Part shown: piece after piece, positions 14,067-28,109 of the stretch
How the letters are laid out: each line of letters starts with the position of its first letter
Numbering within the stretch: the first letter of the stretch is position 1
From: Eledone cirrhosa
Lineage: Eukaryota
Direction: 5' to 3'
Length of the DNA: 64,000 bases
Assembly: GCA_964016885.1 (NCBI GenBank)
Contig: OZ024750.1
Coordinates: 11,408,001-11,472,000 of the forward strand
Notes under the pieces: model-generated
Told to the model about the DNA's origin: nothing
Databases searched by the model: none
Seen by the model: the letters and a program-made list of their open reading frames with translations, nothing else
Translations under genes and position numbers: made by a program

Positions 14067-15868
14067 GCTCTGTGAAATAATTAGTCACTTAGGTTATAAT
14101 TCATTGAAGAAATCGTTTAGTTGATCGACAACTACAATACGGTAACGTCGAAATCAACGGAGACTCATTTACTATTTGTGTGTGTATATGTGTATGTGAG
14201 TGTATATGTGTGTGTATTGTGTGTATGTGCGTGTGTGTGTGTGTATGTGCGTGTGTGTATAAGTGTATGTGTATGTATATGTGTAGGTGTGTGTGTGTGA
14301 AATTTAGAAAAATTATGAGAGATGAAAAATCAGACAGAAGAGACAGTTTATTTTAAGAAGATTAATCGATCATGAAAGAGAAAAAATAGTATCTCCCATT
14401 TACTGTTCCGCTGACAGGGCCGACAACTCCTTTGTATTGTTTTCCTTACATTATTGAATGTCAAGAGATGAAAATGTCAGACTCTTCTCCTCCTCTTCCT
14501 CCTTCTCGTGTCAATTGAATATATTCGACATTCAACAAACTCACCTTTTACTGATGTCGACAATAACTTTCAGCACTTTAGTTAGATTCGGGGAATTACC
14601 TTTAAACGTTGTCCAATAACACATCGTCTTATATGGTTGCTCGACCTGTTTGAAATACGACAGAAATATCCCCTCAAATAACATCTCGCAGTCTTACAAA
14701 AATGACATATTGGATAATATCGACCTCGGTTCCCTGTACATAAGAAGAAAGGGGAAGGTCACGGTTGAAATTTTTTTTTTTTTTTTTCAAAGAACTTCTC
14801 CCGCGGTGGTCATGGATGAAATGTGTTTCATCAAAGGACTGCTCCCTGAAAATCAGGGTTGAAAACTTTTTTTTATGAAAGGACTAATCAATCAGGATTC
14901 ACCTAAGAGGAAACAACAACAGCAACAAAAATAACAGTCTGAAGAGAGACATAACGGGATCGATAGACTTACTAGAAATATCAAACCTAATATTTCACAT
15001 ATGATACCCTACATTTAAATTCTTTTAAAAGGGGTGCGTTGGGCGATATGGTACTTTGTGCACTGTGTATTCTGTCTTGGAAATAAAGGTGATACTCACG
15101 ACTGGAACGAATTTGATCTTAGGTCTGAATGATCAAAGTTGATCCACTATTAAACAAGTTTATAAAATGGAGTAAATGTAATCGAGACAAACATTGTAGT
15201 AGTTGTTTAGTCAACACGGAGTAAGAAGACCAATGGTGACTAGCATTCTAGCCATGATCATTCAATTTGTTTCTCTGGCATTAAGTACCCAGCCTTACTT
15301 TACGCGAAATTTGTTTGCTATTTCTAGCATGTTAAGTGTCAAAATAGAAAGTAAGACCAAACGACAGGGACAGAATGGTAGAGATTTAGGGTAATCCAGA
15401 TATTATTTTGTATGCTACCTTATTCAAGTAACCTCGTGCCAATCTCAGCCATTTTTAGTGAAATTGGGTAGACGGAAAGGGTGCAAAAGCTCATCGAATA
15501 GATTCTACCTGATTTTTGCAGGCAGACTTAATCTTTCGCTGGATTTAACACCACCATTTGCATCTTGTGTGCTTTGATGCGTAGTTTCCTACAAACAATA
15601 AAGTAGAACTTATTCTTTCCGTTCGTTAACCATTCGGGGATAGCCTGCAAAAACTCATTAAAACTGATCGTCCTCCCTTGATAAATGTCATTAAAAATGG
15701 AGTCGTAAAAATAAATGCTATATTTTATTTAAAAACAAACTACATTTAAAAAGTTGTTCGAGTTTTTCTCTTGTGGAATAACATTTCCGCAAAGTTTGCT
15801 ATTTAATCATAAAATGTCCGTTTATTTTCCTCCATTTCTTTATCCATTTATCTCAATCTTCATATCGG

Positions 15869-15900
<32 letters not shown>

Positions 15901-16103
15901 GTTCGTTGCTTCTCTCTTTCTTTCTATCTATCTATCTATCTATCTTTGCCTCTCTCTTTCTTTCTATCTATCTATCTTTCTTTGCTTCTCTCTCTCTCTG
16001 TATTTCTCTCATCTTTCTCTTTCTATTTCGTAAGCTGCTTTTTCTGTTTTTCTGTTTTCCTATGTCTTTTCTCAATTTCCTTTTCTTATATATATATACA
16101 CAC

Positions 16104-16140
<37 letters not shown>

Positions 16141-16160
16141 CATGTATGTATGTGTGTGTG

Positions 16161-16218
<58 letters not shown>

Positions 16219-16345
16219 TATATACACGTGACTACCTTTTCTCTCCATTTCCCCTTCTCTCTCTCTCTCTCTCTTACAGTTTTATCTCTTTTGCACCCTT
16301 TCCTTTCTTTCTTTTTCATCCCTCAATTTGTTATCTATCTTTTCT

Positions 16346-16664
16346 CTGTCTCTCCTCTCTCCCTGTCTCTCCTCTCCCTGTCTCTCCTCTCCCTGTCTCT
16401 CCTCTCCCTGTCTATCCTCTCCCTGTCTCTCCTCTCCCTGTCTCTCCTCTCTATGTCTATCCTCTCTATGTCTATCCTCTCCCTGTCTCTCCTCTCTCTG
16501 TCTCTCCTCTCCCTGTCTCTCCTCTCTCTGTCTCTCCTCTCCCTGTCTCTCCTCTCTCTGTCTCTCCTCTCTCTGTCTCTCCTCTCTCTGTCTGTCTCTC
16601 CTCTCCCTGTCTCTCCTCTCCCTGTCTCTCCTCTCTCTGTCTCTCCTCTCCCTGTCTCTCCTCT
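16346..16664. repeat. 15-bp polypyrimidine minisatellite (tgtctctcctctccc)
   Basis: Direct reading. Confidence 0.9.
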
Positions 16665-16843
16665 GCGTGCTACTCGCTCACTCACCCTCCTCCCACTCAC
16701 TCAACGGTTCACTGACATTTCACTTACAATTTACAATTTACACTTAAAGAAAAACACGCATACTTGAATGAAACTTAACATATACACACAGTCATACAGT
16801 GACATTCACACATACATACATTCTCTTTCCCCCTCTCTATCTA

Positions 16844-16894
<51 letters not shown>

Positions 16895-16983
16895 ATCTAT
16901 CTATCTATCTATCTCTCCCTCTCAATATATATATATCATTCTCTTTCACTTATCTTTCTCTCTATCTATCTATCTATCTATCT

Positions 16984-17947
16984 GTTGGCACCTCGAGTGC
17001 CTTCAGGCGCTCAAAGCCCTCTACCAAGCGGAAACGGCAATCAGCGGAGACTCCACTTCGGCATTCTATAGGGGATTAGTGGAGGATAAGTGCGACGACG
17101 TTCTCGGGAAAACTCTAGGCATCGAGGAGGACGAACTGACCAGTCTGTTCGAGAGAACTTTCCGTCCAGGGCCTATGGATAACTTCCAGAGGTCTCTAGC
17201 CTGGCAGTGCTACCGATGAGCTCTACCAGTTCGAGACAAAATCTACAGTCACGGACGCCCTGACAGAGATCCTGCCAAAAAGACCTGTCCAAGATGCGAG
17301 CAGGACACCGAAACCGTTCTGCACGCAATTGTTCAGTGCCCAGGGGTGATTATGACCTGAGGAATTATGTCGAACAGCTACTGTCACGTGTGGGATGCAT
17401 CCAGTTGTCAGCCGAGTCTATCGTGAAGATCACCCCGCCGCCTTCATTTAAGAACGAAGGAGAGGCGGTTTTTCCTCTGTCTGGTGGCTATGACGAAAGA
17501 GGTAATATGGTGGACGAGGTTAAAAGGACTGAGGGCAAACACCTTTCCCTCCGGACTTATCCTCTTCTTTAAGTACCACTTCAGAAGGAAGGTGAGAGTG
17601 GAGAGAGAGGTGCTACATCCCAGTAAATTCGCTGAAAGGTGGGTGAATGTGGCGAAAATGACCCGAGTGAATGGGCCTTCTCTGTATTTAAACCTGTAGG
17701 TTGAGGAAGATAAACAGAGGGAAGACGGGAACACCTACAAAACGTGTTCCTGTTGCTGAGGGTTGTTCTATCCACGGGGTGTAAAACAACCCTGCAGTAA
17801 CGTTCCCCCGCATTGGGGGATTTCAATTGTTATTTTATTATATATAGTTTATTGTTATTTATTAAAGTTATATGATTTTTATGTAAAACCCCCGCCGTCA
17901 CGTCTTGTAATGTCCCATTTTTGTACAGCCCCTGTGGCAAATAAAGA
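16984..17947 (+). mobile_element. 5'-truncated L1/Tx1-clade LINE 3' end (ORF2 C-terminal zinc knuckle and 3' UTR)
   Basis: LAWQCYR*ALPVRDKI...TCPRCEQDTETVLHAIVQCP (Cys codon at 17286) is a CxxC-x8-H-x4-C zf-RVT-like motif. GC-rich island that ends cctgtggcaaataaag and is preceded by (TCTA)n. Homologous to 60315-60795. Confidence 0.85.
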
Positions 17948-17999
17948 CAGATATCTCTCTTCCACTCTCTCGCTCTCTATATATATATAGAGAGAGAGA

Positions 18000-18184
18000 G
18001 GAAAGAGTTCAGGACCCCGACGGCAGAGCTCAAGCCGTTTCGACGGCTAGAGAAATAGCCGTTGAAACGGCTTGAGCTCTGCCGTCGGTGTCCTGAACCT
18101 TTTCCTATTACCTACTCTACTACCCAAAGTATCGAGTACTCTGGTGCGTTATGGTCCACCTGGTTCCTTACCACACTTCCTTCG

Positions 18185-18186
<2 letters not shown>
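18000..18186. mobile_element. Hammerhead element family H1 (short inverted arm plus full 3' arm on +)
   Basis: GAAACGGCttgagctctGCCGTC on both arms; tail agtatcgagtactctggtgcgttatggtccacctggttccttaccacacttccttcgt runs into (TA)n. Confidence 0.8.
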
Positions 18187-18226
<40 letters not shown>

Positions 18227-18551
18227 TTCTCTTCTTCTAATCTCTCTCTATCTATCTATCTACCTATCTCTCTCTATATATATATATATTATCGCTATTT
18301 CCAACTTTAGTCAATATACACATACTCGACAAAAGACTAAATTCATATTTGATATATATCAACGCCCTATGGGGAAATAAAATCGTCGATATTATTACAT
18401 TATTTCAGTAAATATTTTTTTCATTGGGAATTTCATTGTTGTCAACTGATTCTTTTCATGTCTTATTGAAAATTTATATTACAATATATATTGTTGATTT
18501 GTTGATTTTTGTTTGTAGTGTTTATTATATAATTGGCTTTCTTCCTTTACT

Positions 18552-18593
<42 letters not shown>

Positions 18594-18676
18594 TATATAT
18601 ATATACATATATACATATATATATATGCATATATATACATATATATATATACATATATATACATATATATATATAC

Positions 18677-18723
<47 letters not shown>

Positions 18724-19030
18724 CATATATATACATATATATACATATATATACATATATATATATACATATATATACATATATATACATATATATACAT
18801 ATATATACATATATATACATATATATATATACATATATATACATATATATACATATATATACATATATATATATACATATATATACATATATATACATAT
18901 ATATATATACATATATATACATATATATATATATATATACATATATATACATATATATATATATATATACATATATATACATATATACACATATATATAC
19001 ATATATATACATATATATACATATATACAC

Positions 19031-19075
<45 letters not shown>

Positions 19076-19176
19076 TATATATATACATATATATATACAT
19101 ATATATATATACATATATATATATATACATATACATATATATATATATAAATCATCTGCTATATATATATATATAG

Positions 19177-19230
<54 letters not shown>

Positions 19231-19933
19231 CTTATTTATTTCTATTGTAGTAGTTGTAATTTTTAGAGATCATTATCAGTAATGCACTGGGATAATTGCT
19301 GGCCTTGTGCCAAAAGTAGAAACAATTATTATCATTAATCATCACTATATTTGTCTGCATTATTGTTTTCTTTTCATTTTATTATGTTGTTATTTTCAAT
19401 GATATATTTTCACTCATTAAAACAATTTTACTTGTAGATAACAAAAATACGAAACAATGGAACAAAAATGTACTAAAAACATAAAATCGTTTATTTTTTT
19501 TATTTTTGCCTTAAATTATTTATCATTCTATTCTGAACTCCATTACCTTGCAACGTACTGCATCACACTACACTCTGTTACATCACACTATACTAAATTC
19601 CATCATACAATGGCACTGTTTTACACCATTACTCTGCACTCACATTATATTCTTTTATTATTTTACTGGTTTAGATCGTTAGACGGCAGCCATTTTGGGT
19701 TACCGCTTTGATTGAGTCGCTTATATCCACCTATGTACTTAGTTATTCAGCTCGTTCTTATTTGATTGATGTCTCTATTTGTCGAACCCCTCAAGTTACG
19801 ATACATAAACAAGATTTTACATACACAAACTTAAGCACATACCCCACCACACACACACAACTGTTTCGTCGAAACATTTGTAATGGAAGATTTCCAAATA
19901 AAGTTGTAAAAATCCATTTTGCATACTTATTCT

Positions 19934-19971
<38 letters not shown>

Positions 19972-20006
19972 GAATTTTATTTCTCGCCCTAGCACATAAG
20001 TACATA

Positions 20007-20188
<182 letters not shown>

Positions 20189-20365
20189 ATAATAATAGTA
20201 TTTATACTTATATATGTTTAATATACAATTATAAATATGGAGGGTACTACTAAGTACTAGCCAGTTACCGGTAGGATAAAAGGCTCAATGTAAATTAACA
20301 AGTGTATAACAGAGCCGAGATACAAAATATTAAAACAATCAAATCTTAGTTTAATACATCTATTT

Positions 20366-20410
20366 GCTGACAATTGTTTCTTCCAGAGGGATTTCTGGAT
20401 TTATCGGAGC
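20366..20410 (-). ncRNA. Degenerate minimal type I hammerhead-like motif
   Basis: Minus strand reads GCT-CCGATAA-a-TCCAGA-aatccc-TCTGGA-a-GAAAC-AATT-GTC-AGC: stems I and II pair, loop III is palindromic, and the core has two mismatches to CTGATGA. Confidence 0.55.
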
Positions 20411-20597
20411 ATAGGGAATGCTTAAACAAGATATCGTTTAAGGTAATCCATGTAGAGGTTGTGAATACTTTGTGTCGGGGATAGTTTTATAGTTCGGCCA
20501 TCAGCGATTTTTAGACTTAGACACACCGGACTAATGAAACAATTGTTAATACTTTAAATAAACCCTATTGTTCAGTCGACCACGTTATTCTTCACAC

Positions 20598-20660
<63 letters not shown>

Positions 20661-22231
20661 TCATCATCATCATCATTGTTCAACTGCTGGATCAAACGCC
20701 CCCAATCCTCCTCTGTTCATTGCATCTTTCATAATGAGCTGTGATCCCGTGGCTGAATCTTGTCCGTCGGTAGGATCTGAATTCCTACGTGGAATTTGAA
20801 CGAAAAGTGGCGAAATAGATACGGTAAGGCATTTTGTCTGACTCTCTAGTCCTCCCATCAATTCACCACCATTGACTGTTAGTTTATTTTATCAACCCTC
20901 AAAAGATAAAAGACAAGACTGACTCCAACAGAATTTGAAATCAAAGCGCAAATAGCCGGAATCACAGACACAACATGATATTCTATCCGACATTTTAACG
21001 ACTCTGTGAATCCAACCTTTTAAAAGAAGCAAATTTAACGAAATCATGAACACTATAAACATTTCACATCGTATTATTTCTTTGTAATTAGTTCTGTGTT
21101 TTATAGAATATTGTGAGTGATGATGAGTGAGCTTGGTGGAGTTCATAATGATAGGGAAGCGAAATAATTTTAAGAAAAACGTTTTCAAAAAAAGAAAGCA
21201 AACTTCGCAAATGGTCGTGAGGTAATTGCTATTGTAATGGTAGAGAGGGTCTTATATCATGTTTGTTATGATGATGATGTATTCGTTTGTTTTTTATAAT
21301 GATTAAGCAGTCAGTTTATAATTATATGGATCGTAGTAAGGTGGTAGTAGTGCGACAGCTATGAAAGTATCGGGTTTAAAGGTGTTTGTGGCGTTGATTT
21401 GTTAAGATAGTTGCTTGTGATAGTGTTACACACAACACTACCACACAACACTAGTTGTGTGGTAGTGTTGTGTGGTAGTGTTGTTTGTGGTAGTGTTGCT
21501 AGTGGTAGTGTTGTGTGTGGTAGTGTTGCTAGTGGTAGTGTTGTTTTTAGTTTATATTTCTTGTGACGCTGTTACAATGGACGGATAATTACAAACCACC
21601 GGCTGCATTCTCTGTAGTCATGGTCTTCATCAATAGTCCAATGTTGACCCCTGTACCTCTAAAGAACCTTACTTCATACCCTTTCCACCCAGACTCATTC
21701 GTCTTTTGTCCTCTCTATCTCTCCGTTCATGCATGACATATCTTTCAAAAAAGGTAGATATATGCTAAAGACTGACATTATTTTCCAAGTGTGCGGTGGA
21801 TTGGCAATGGATGGTGGATTGACAGTCGGTAGAGAGTAGGACACCATGATTTCCAGCATAGAGTTACATCCCTTTACGGTCTAAATTCAAATCTCGAGGA
21901 GGTTAACTTTGCCTAAACAGATAAATAGATAATCTAATCTAATCTGGCCGAGTTTACACTCGCAAATAAGAAGAACCATGGCCGCCCCTAGGAGCATTGG
22001 ATTTGGTGTGCTTCATATTTGTTTCAGTTGCTGAATACAATCAGGGGTCGCTGCTTCTCCGGAAGATCAATAGTTCTCTTCTAACTCGAGCGGGAGCACC
22101 TTTCCATTGTCAATTTGCATTGATCATCTGCAAAGCCGCATTGTTATATACGTTATATACACACCCTTATATATACATTATTATACACTATTATATACAC
22201 ACCATTGTATACACCAATATACACACATTAT

Positions 22232-22420
22232 TGTGGATTGGCAGTATCGGTAGAGGGTCGGACGCCATTCTTTGCAGCAAAGAGTTACGGCCCTTTATGG
22301 ATGAGTTCAAATCCCGCCGAGGTTAACTTTGCCTTTCATCCTTACGGGGTCGATAAAATAAAGTACCAGTAATACACTGGGTAATTGCTGGCCTTGTACC
22401 AAAAGTAGAAACAATTATTA
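22232..22420 (+). mobile_element. SINE family A inserted in a degenerate (tatacac) repeat
   Basis: Near-identical to 2501-2692. Confidence 0.8.
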
Positions 22421-22530
22421 TACACTATTATATGCACACTATTATATACAGACCATTATATACACCAATATACACACATCATTATATATACACCATTATA
22501 TACACACCATTATGTATACACCATTATATA

Positions 22531-22794
22531 TCTAATCAATTCTAATCATTGATCATCTGCAAAGCCGCATTGTTCTCAGTACCACTACACCAGTCTTTCG
22601 ATACGTGCAGCTGGAACTACTGCCACTCATTGATTTGGCAGGATCACAACTCATTTCTATTGCTGAGTAAACTGGAGCAACGTGAAATAAAGTATCTTGC
22701 TCAAGGACACAACACATCACCTGGTCCGAGAATCGAACTCACAACCTTTCGATTGAAATCCCAATGCTCTAACCACTAAGCCATGCGCCTTCAC
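22531..22794 (-). mobile_element. SINE family B head and core with a different 3' tail
   Basis: Minus strand gtgaaggcgcatggcttagtggttagagcattgg...gagttcgattctc...gtgtccttgagcaagatacttt matches 40356-40490. Confidence 0.75.
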
Positions 22795-23062
22795 TAAATA
22801 GATAAACAAACAAACAAATAAACAAACAAACAAACAAACATAAATAAATAAACAAATAGATAAATAAAAACGAAGCTAGTCCGTGGATTTTTCTGTACTG
22901 AATAGTTTTGTATAAGGTTGTATAAGTAAAGTTAGCAGCCATTTATAGAAATAAGGCGAAAGACAGAAGAATTATAGTCAATATATCAAAATAAGTAATT
23001 CTTGAATGATTTTACTTTACCAGTTGATCTGTATCATAATTGTATCTGTTAATATAGATTGA

Positions 23063-25330
23063 ATAAATCTGTCCTACTGTATTTACAATAGTCCTATCAT
23101 AAATCTGTCCTACTATATTTACAATAGTCCTATCATAAATCTGTCCTACTATATTTACAATAGTCCTATCATAAATCTGTCCCAATATATTTACAATAGT
23201 CCTATCATAAATCTGTCCCAATATATTTACAATAGTCCTATCATAAATCTGTCCTACTATATTTACAATAGTCCTATCATAAATCTGTCCTACTGTATTT
23301 ACAATAGTCCTATCATAAATCTGTCCTACTATATTTACAATAGTCCTATCATAAATCTGTCCCAATATATTTACAATAGTCCTATCATAAATCTGTCCTA
23401 CTATATTTACAATAGTCCTATCATAAATCTGTCCTACTGTATTTACAATAGTCCTATCATAAATCTGTCCTACTATATTTACAATAGTCCTATCATAAAT
23501 CTGTCCTACTGTATTTACAATAGTCCTATCATAAATCTGTCCTAATATATTTACAATAGTCCTATCATAAATCTGTCCTACTGTATTTACAATAGTCCTA
23601 TCATAAATCTGTCCTAATATATTTACAATAGTCCTATCATAAATCTGTCCTACTATATTTACAATAGTCCTATCATAAATCTGTCCTACTATATTTACAA
23701 TAGTCCTATCATAAATCTGTCCTACTGTATTTACAATAGTCCTATCATAAATCTGTCCCAATATATTTACAATAGTCCTATCATAAATCTGTCCCAATAT
23801 ATTTACAATAGTCCTATCATAAATCTGTCCCAATATATTTACAATAGTCCTATCATAAATCTGTCCCAATATATTTACAATAGTCCTATCATAAATCTGT
23901 CCTAATATATTTACAATAGTCCTATCATAAATCTGTCCCAATATATTTACAATAGTCCTATCATAAATCTGTCCCAATATATTTACAATAGTCCTATCAT
24001 AAATCTGTCCCAATATATTTACAATAGTCCTATCATAAATCTGTCCTACTATATTTACAATAGTCCTATCATAAATCTGTCCTACTGTATTTACAATAGT
24101 CCTATCATAAATCTGTCCTACTATATTTACAATAGTCCTATCATAAATCTGTCCTACTATATTTACAATAGTCCTATCATAAATCTGTCCTACTGTATTT
24201 ACAATAGTCCTATCATAAATCTGTCCCAATATATTTACAATAGTCCTATCATAAATCTGTCCTACTATATTTACAATAGTCCTATCATAAATCTGTCCTA
24301 CTGTATTTACAATAGTCCTATCATGAATCTGTCCTAATATATTTACAATAGTCCTATCATAAATCTGTCCTACTATATTTACAATAGTCCTATCATAAAT
24401 CTGTCCTACTATATTTACAATAGTCCTATCATAAATCTGTCCTACTATATTTACAATAGTCCTATCATAAATCTGTCCTAATATATTTACAATAGTCCTA
24501 TCATAAATCTGTCCTACTGTATTTACAATAGTCCTATCATAAATCTGTCCTACTATATTTACAATAGTCCTATCATAAATCTGTCCTAATATATTTACAA
24601 TAGTCCTATCATAAATCTGTCCTACTATATTTACAATAGTCCTATCATAAATCTGTCCTATTATATTTACAATAGTCCTATCATAAATCTGTCCTACTGT
24701 ATTTACAATAGTCCTATCATAAATCTGTCCTAATATATTTACAATAGTCCTATCATAAATCTGTCCTACTATATTTACAATAGTCCTATCATAAATCTGT
24801 CCTACTATATTTACAATAGTCCTATCATAAATCTGTCCTACTGTATTTACAATAGTCCTATCATAAATCTGCCCTACTATATTTACAATAGTCCTATCAT
24901 AAATCTGTCCTAATATATTTACAATAGTCCTATCATAAATCTATCCTACTGTATTTACAATAGTCCTATCATAAATCTGTCCTACTGTATTTACAATAGT
25001 CCTATCATAAATCTGTCCTACTGTATTTACAATAGTCCTATCATAAATCTGTCCTAATATATTTACAATAGTCCTATCATAAATCTGTCCTACTATATTT
25101 ACAATAGTCCTATCATAAATCTGTCCTACTGTATTTACAATAGTCCTATCATAAATCTGTCCTACTATATTTACAATAGTCCTATCATAAATCTGTCCTA
25201 CTGTATTTACAATAGTCCTATCATAAATCTGTCCTACTATATTTACAATAGTCCTATCATAAATCTGTCCTACTGTATTTACAATAGTCCTATCATAAAT
25301 CTGTCCTACTGTATTTACAATAGTCCTATC
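23063..25330. repeat. 36-bp minisatellite, 63 tandem copies (ataaatctgtcc[t/c]a[c/a]t[a/g]tatttacaatagtcctatc)
   Basis: 2268 bp equals 63 x 36; variation is almost confined to three nearby positions. Confidence 0.97.
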
Positions 25331-25557
25331 ATGGAACAGTATGTCTGCATTACACATATAGACAAGCAAATTATCATAATACAATTATATAGTAACATAC
25401 TTATTCCTTTGAATATATTTCTGTATAGAGAAAGAGGGGAGGGCGTCGGAGGAAGAGAGTGTGAGAGAGTGAGAGAGATTGTGTATGAGAGAGTGTGTGT
25501 GTGAAATAGAGTGTGTGAGAGAGGGAGAGGAACCAGATTAGTTAGAATCAAACTGAT

Positions 25558-25628
<71 letters not shown>

Positions 25629-25695
25629 GGAATTTCACCAGTCCAACCTCTTGTCATTTTACTCTCTTTCTCTCTCTCTCTATATATATATATAT

Positions 25696-25745
<50 letters not shown>

Positions 25746-26287
25746 CAGAGAGAGAGATTAGATAATTTCTTCCTACTGTGAGATCCCCGCTTGAATGCAT
25801 TCGTTCTGACAACAAAAAGAGAACGGAACTAAGATTCAGAATACAATCAGATCACCATTCTTCATAATATTTCCTTAGTTACCTTTTGGTAAGTCGCTAT
25901 TGTTACCAATATCTTTGTAGTAGAGATGTAAGTAAGTGCCTATAGAAATGTAAATAAGTAAGTAAAAGGTTGATACACTGAATACCTTAGACAAAACCAC
26001 GTTCCATTTATTGCTCTAAAGTCCTACATAAGAATATAACTATAGATTTTAGTCAATAGTGCATGTGTAGACAGATGTAAACAATTTTACTCTACGTGTA
26101 ATATTTTTGTGAACAGAAATAAAGGATTTAGCAGGATTAGTTTTAATCCTTTATTGGGATTATATCAATAACTAAGTATTCCCTGTAACAATCCACAAAT
26201 ACTAACGTTCTGCTTATAAGTTTATTGGTACTAGTTGCTTAAGTAAAATAACTAACTAATTTATACACATACACACACGCATTTTTT

Positions 26288-26342
<55 letters not shown>

Positions 26343-26348
<6 letters not shown>

Positions 26349-26550
26349 GTGAGGTTTTTTTTACAAAATGAAAAATAACCGAGGTGTGAGAAAAACCACA
26401 GACCCTCCATCTCAACTCACCTTTTGAAAGGCAGAAGAACTGCGAAACCGATAAAGGAACCAAATAAATATATATATTTAAAAAAAAAAAAATAAAAAAA
26501 TAAAAAAAAATAAGACTTCAGTTGCATTTTCGATTTCATCTCTTTTTCTT
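26343..26550. mobile_element. Hammerhead element family H2 (inverted tail fragment plus + arm with motif at 26420-26457)
   Basis: CCTT-TTGAAAG-GCAG-aagaa-CTGC-GAAAC-CG-ATA-AAGG followed by AATAAA; flanked by (TA)n. Confidence 0.75.
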
Positions 26551-26551
26551 T

Positions 26552-26589
<38 letters not shown>

Positions 26590-26591
<2 letters not shown>

Positions 26592-26783
26592 GCGGTGGAT
26601 TGGCAGTATCGGTAGAGATTAGGACACCATGCTTTGAAGCATAGAGTTACGTCCCTTTATGATCTGAGTTCAAATCCCGCCGAGGTTAACTTTGCCTTTC
26701 ATCCTTACAGGGTCGATAAAATAAAGTACCAGTAATGTACTGGGTGATTGCTGGCCTTGTGCCTAAAACAGAAACAATTATTT
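26590..26783 (+). mobile_element. SINE family A
   Basis: Near-identical to 2501-2692. Confidence 0.8.
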
Positions 26784-26797
26784 ATATATATATATAT

Positions 26798-26997
26798 AGG
26801 AAAAGAGTCAGGACCCCGACGGCTGAGCTCCTGCCGTTTCAACTGCTAAATCCGAACTAGATCGGATCTAGCTGTCGAAACGGCAGGAGCTCAGCCGTCG
26901 GGGTCCTGACTCTTTTCCTATTACCCACTCTACTACCCTAAGTATCGAGTACTCTGCTGCCTTATGGCCCACCTGGTTTCTTACCACACTTTCTTTG

Positions 26998-26999
<2 letters not shown>
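26798..26999. mobile_element. Hammerhead element family H1 (variant loop aggagctca)
   Basis: Inverted arms around gatc; GAAACGGC-aggagctca-GCCGTC-GGGG; both ends in (TA)n. Confidence 0.8.
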
Positions 27000-27031
<32 letters not shown>

Positions 27032-27147
27032 TATATATATATATATATATATTTCGTTTCTGAATTTGTTTAGCAAGTGCGTGTGTTTCTTATTGGCAAC
27101 ATGACCCTCCCAAAGCATAACAATATATATATATATATATATATACA

Positions 27148-27267
<120 letters not shown>

Positions 27268-27284
27268 TATATATATATATACAG

Positions 27285-27317
<33 letters not shown>

Positions 27318-27682
27318 ACTAAAGAACTGAAGAAGATAGATAGATCGATACACTGACTGATTGTTAACTGACGTTTGGGGAAATCAATGTGTTTTGCGAA
27401 TTACTACGATAAGTTTCCTTTTCTAATGTTATATATACATCAATGGGGACTTTATAGATAAAACTTAGCACAATATTGAAGGATTAATTTAAAAAACTAT
27501 ATAGCTGGATCAAATCGATATTGCCAATAATCGATATACAATATCCTAATTCATTTATCCTCTTTGATTATTCCTTCATCTTGATTTCATACCTTTCAAG
27601 CTTGATAATTCAATATACTTCTCTTCGGTTATATAAAGGAAAAGAACTTCGCAATAAAAATAGTGTGTGTGTTTATATATAT

Positions 27683-27735
<53 letters not shown>

Positions 27736-27785
27736 TCGTGTAGGACACCTCGGTTATTTTTCATTTTGTAAAAAATCCTCACTTT

Positions 27786-27880
<95 letters not shown>

Positions 27881-27947
27881 CATTTGTGAAGCTCGAATTT
27901 TCTAGCATAAAGAAGAAAGAATGAGTTGATGTATATATATATATATA

Positions 27948-28062
27948 TAACGAAGGAATGGTGGTAAGGAACCAGGTGGACCATAACGCACCAGAGTACA
28001 CCAGCGTCCAGAAATAGCTGTCGAGACGGCTCGAGCTCTGCCGTCGGGGTTCTGACCCGTTT

Positions 28063-28066
<4 letters not shown>
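27948..28066. mobile_element. Hammerhead element family H1, internally deleted
   Basis: Minus-strand tail joined to a + arm gtcgagacggctcgagctctgccgtcgggg. Confidence 0.75.

Positions 28067-28102
<36 letters not shown>

Positions 28103-28109
<7 letters not shown>

Noticed and set aside
13495-14088. 197-aa mucin-like ORF
   Set aside because: It starts at GTG, has no signal peptide or clear splice sites and coincides with a 15-bp minisatellite; kept only as a repeat.
16335-16747. (RRDRE)n, (LSSPC)n and (SPLPV)n ORFs
   Set aside because: All frames of one 15-bp pyrimidine repeat.
23063-25330. CRISPR-like appearance of the 36-bp repeats, and the 405-aa and 147-aa ORFs
   Set aside because: Units are contiguous with no unique spacers, there are no cas genes, and the context is eukaryotic. 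The ORFs follow from a stop-free unit whose length is divisible by 3.
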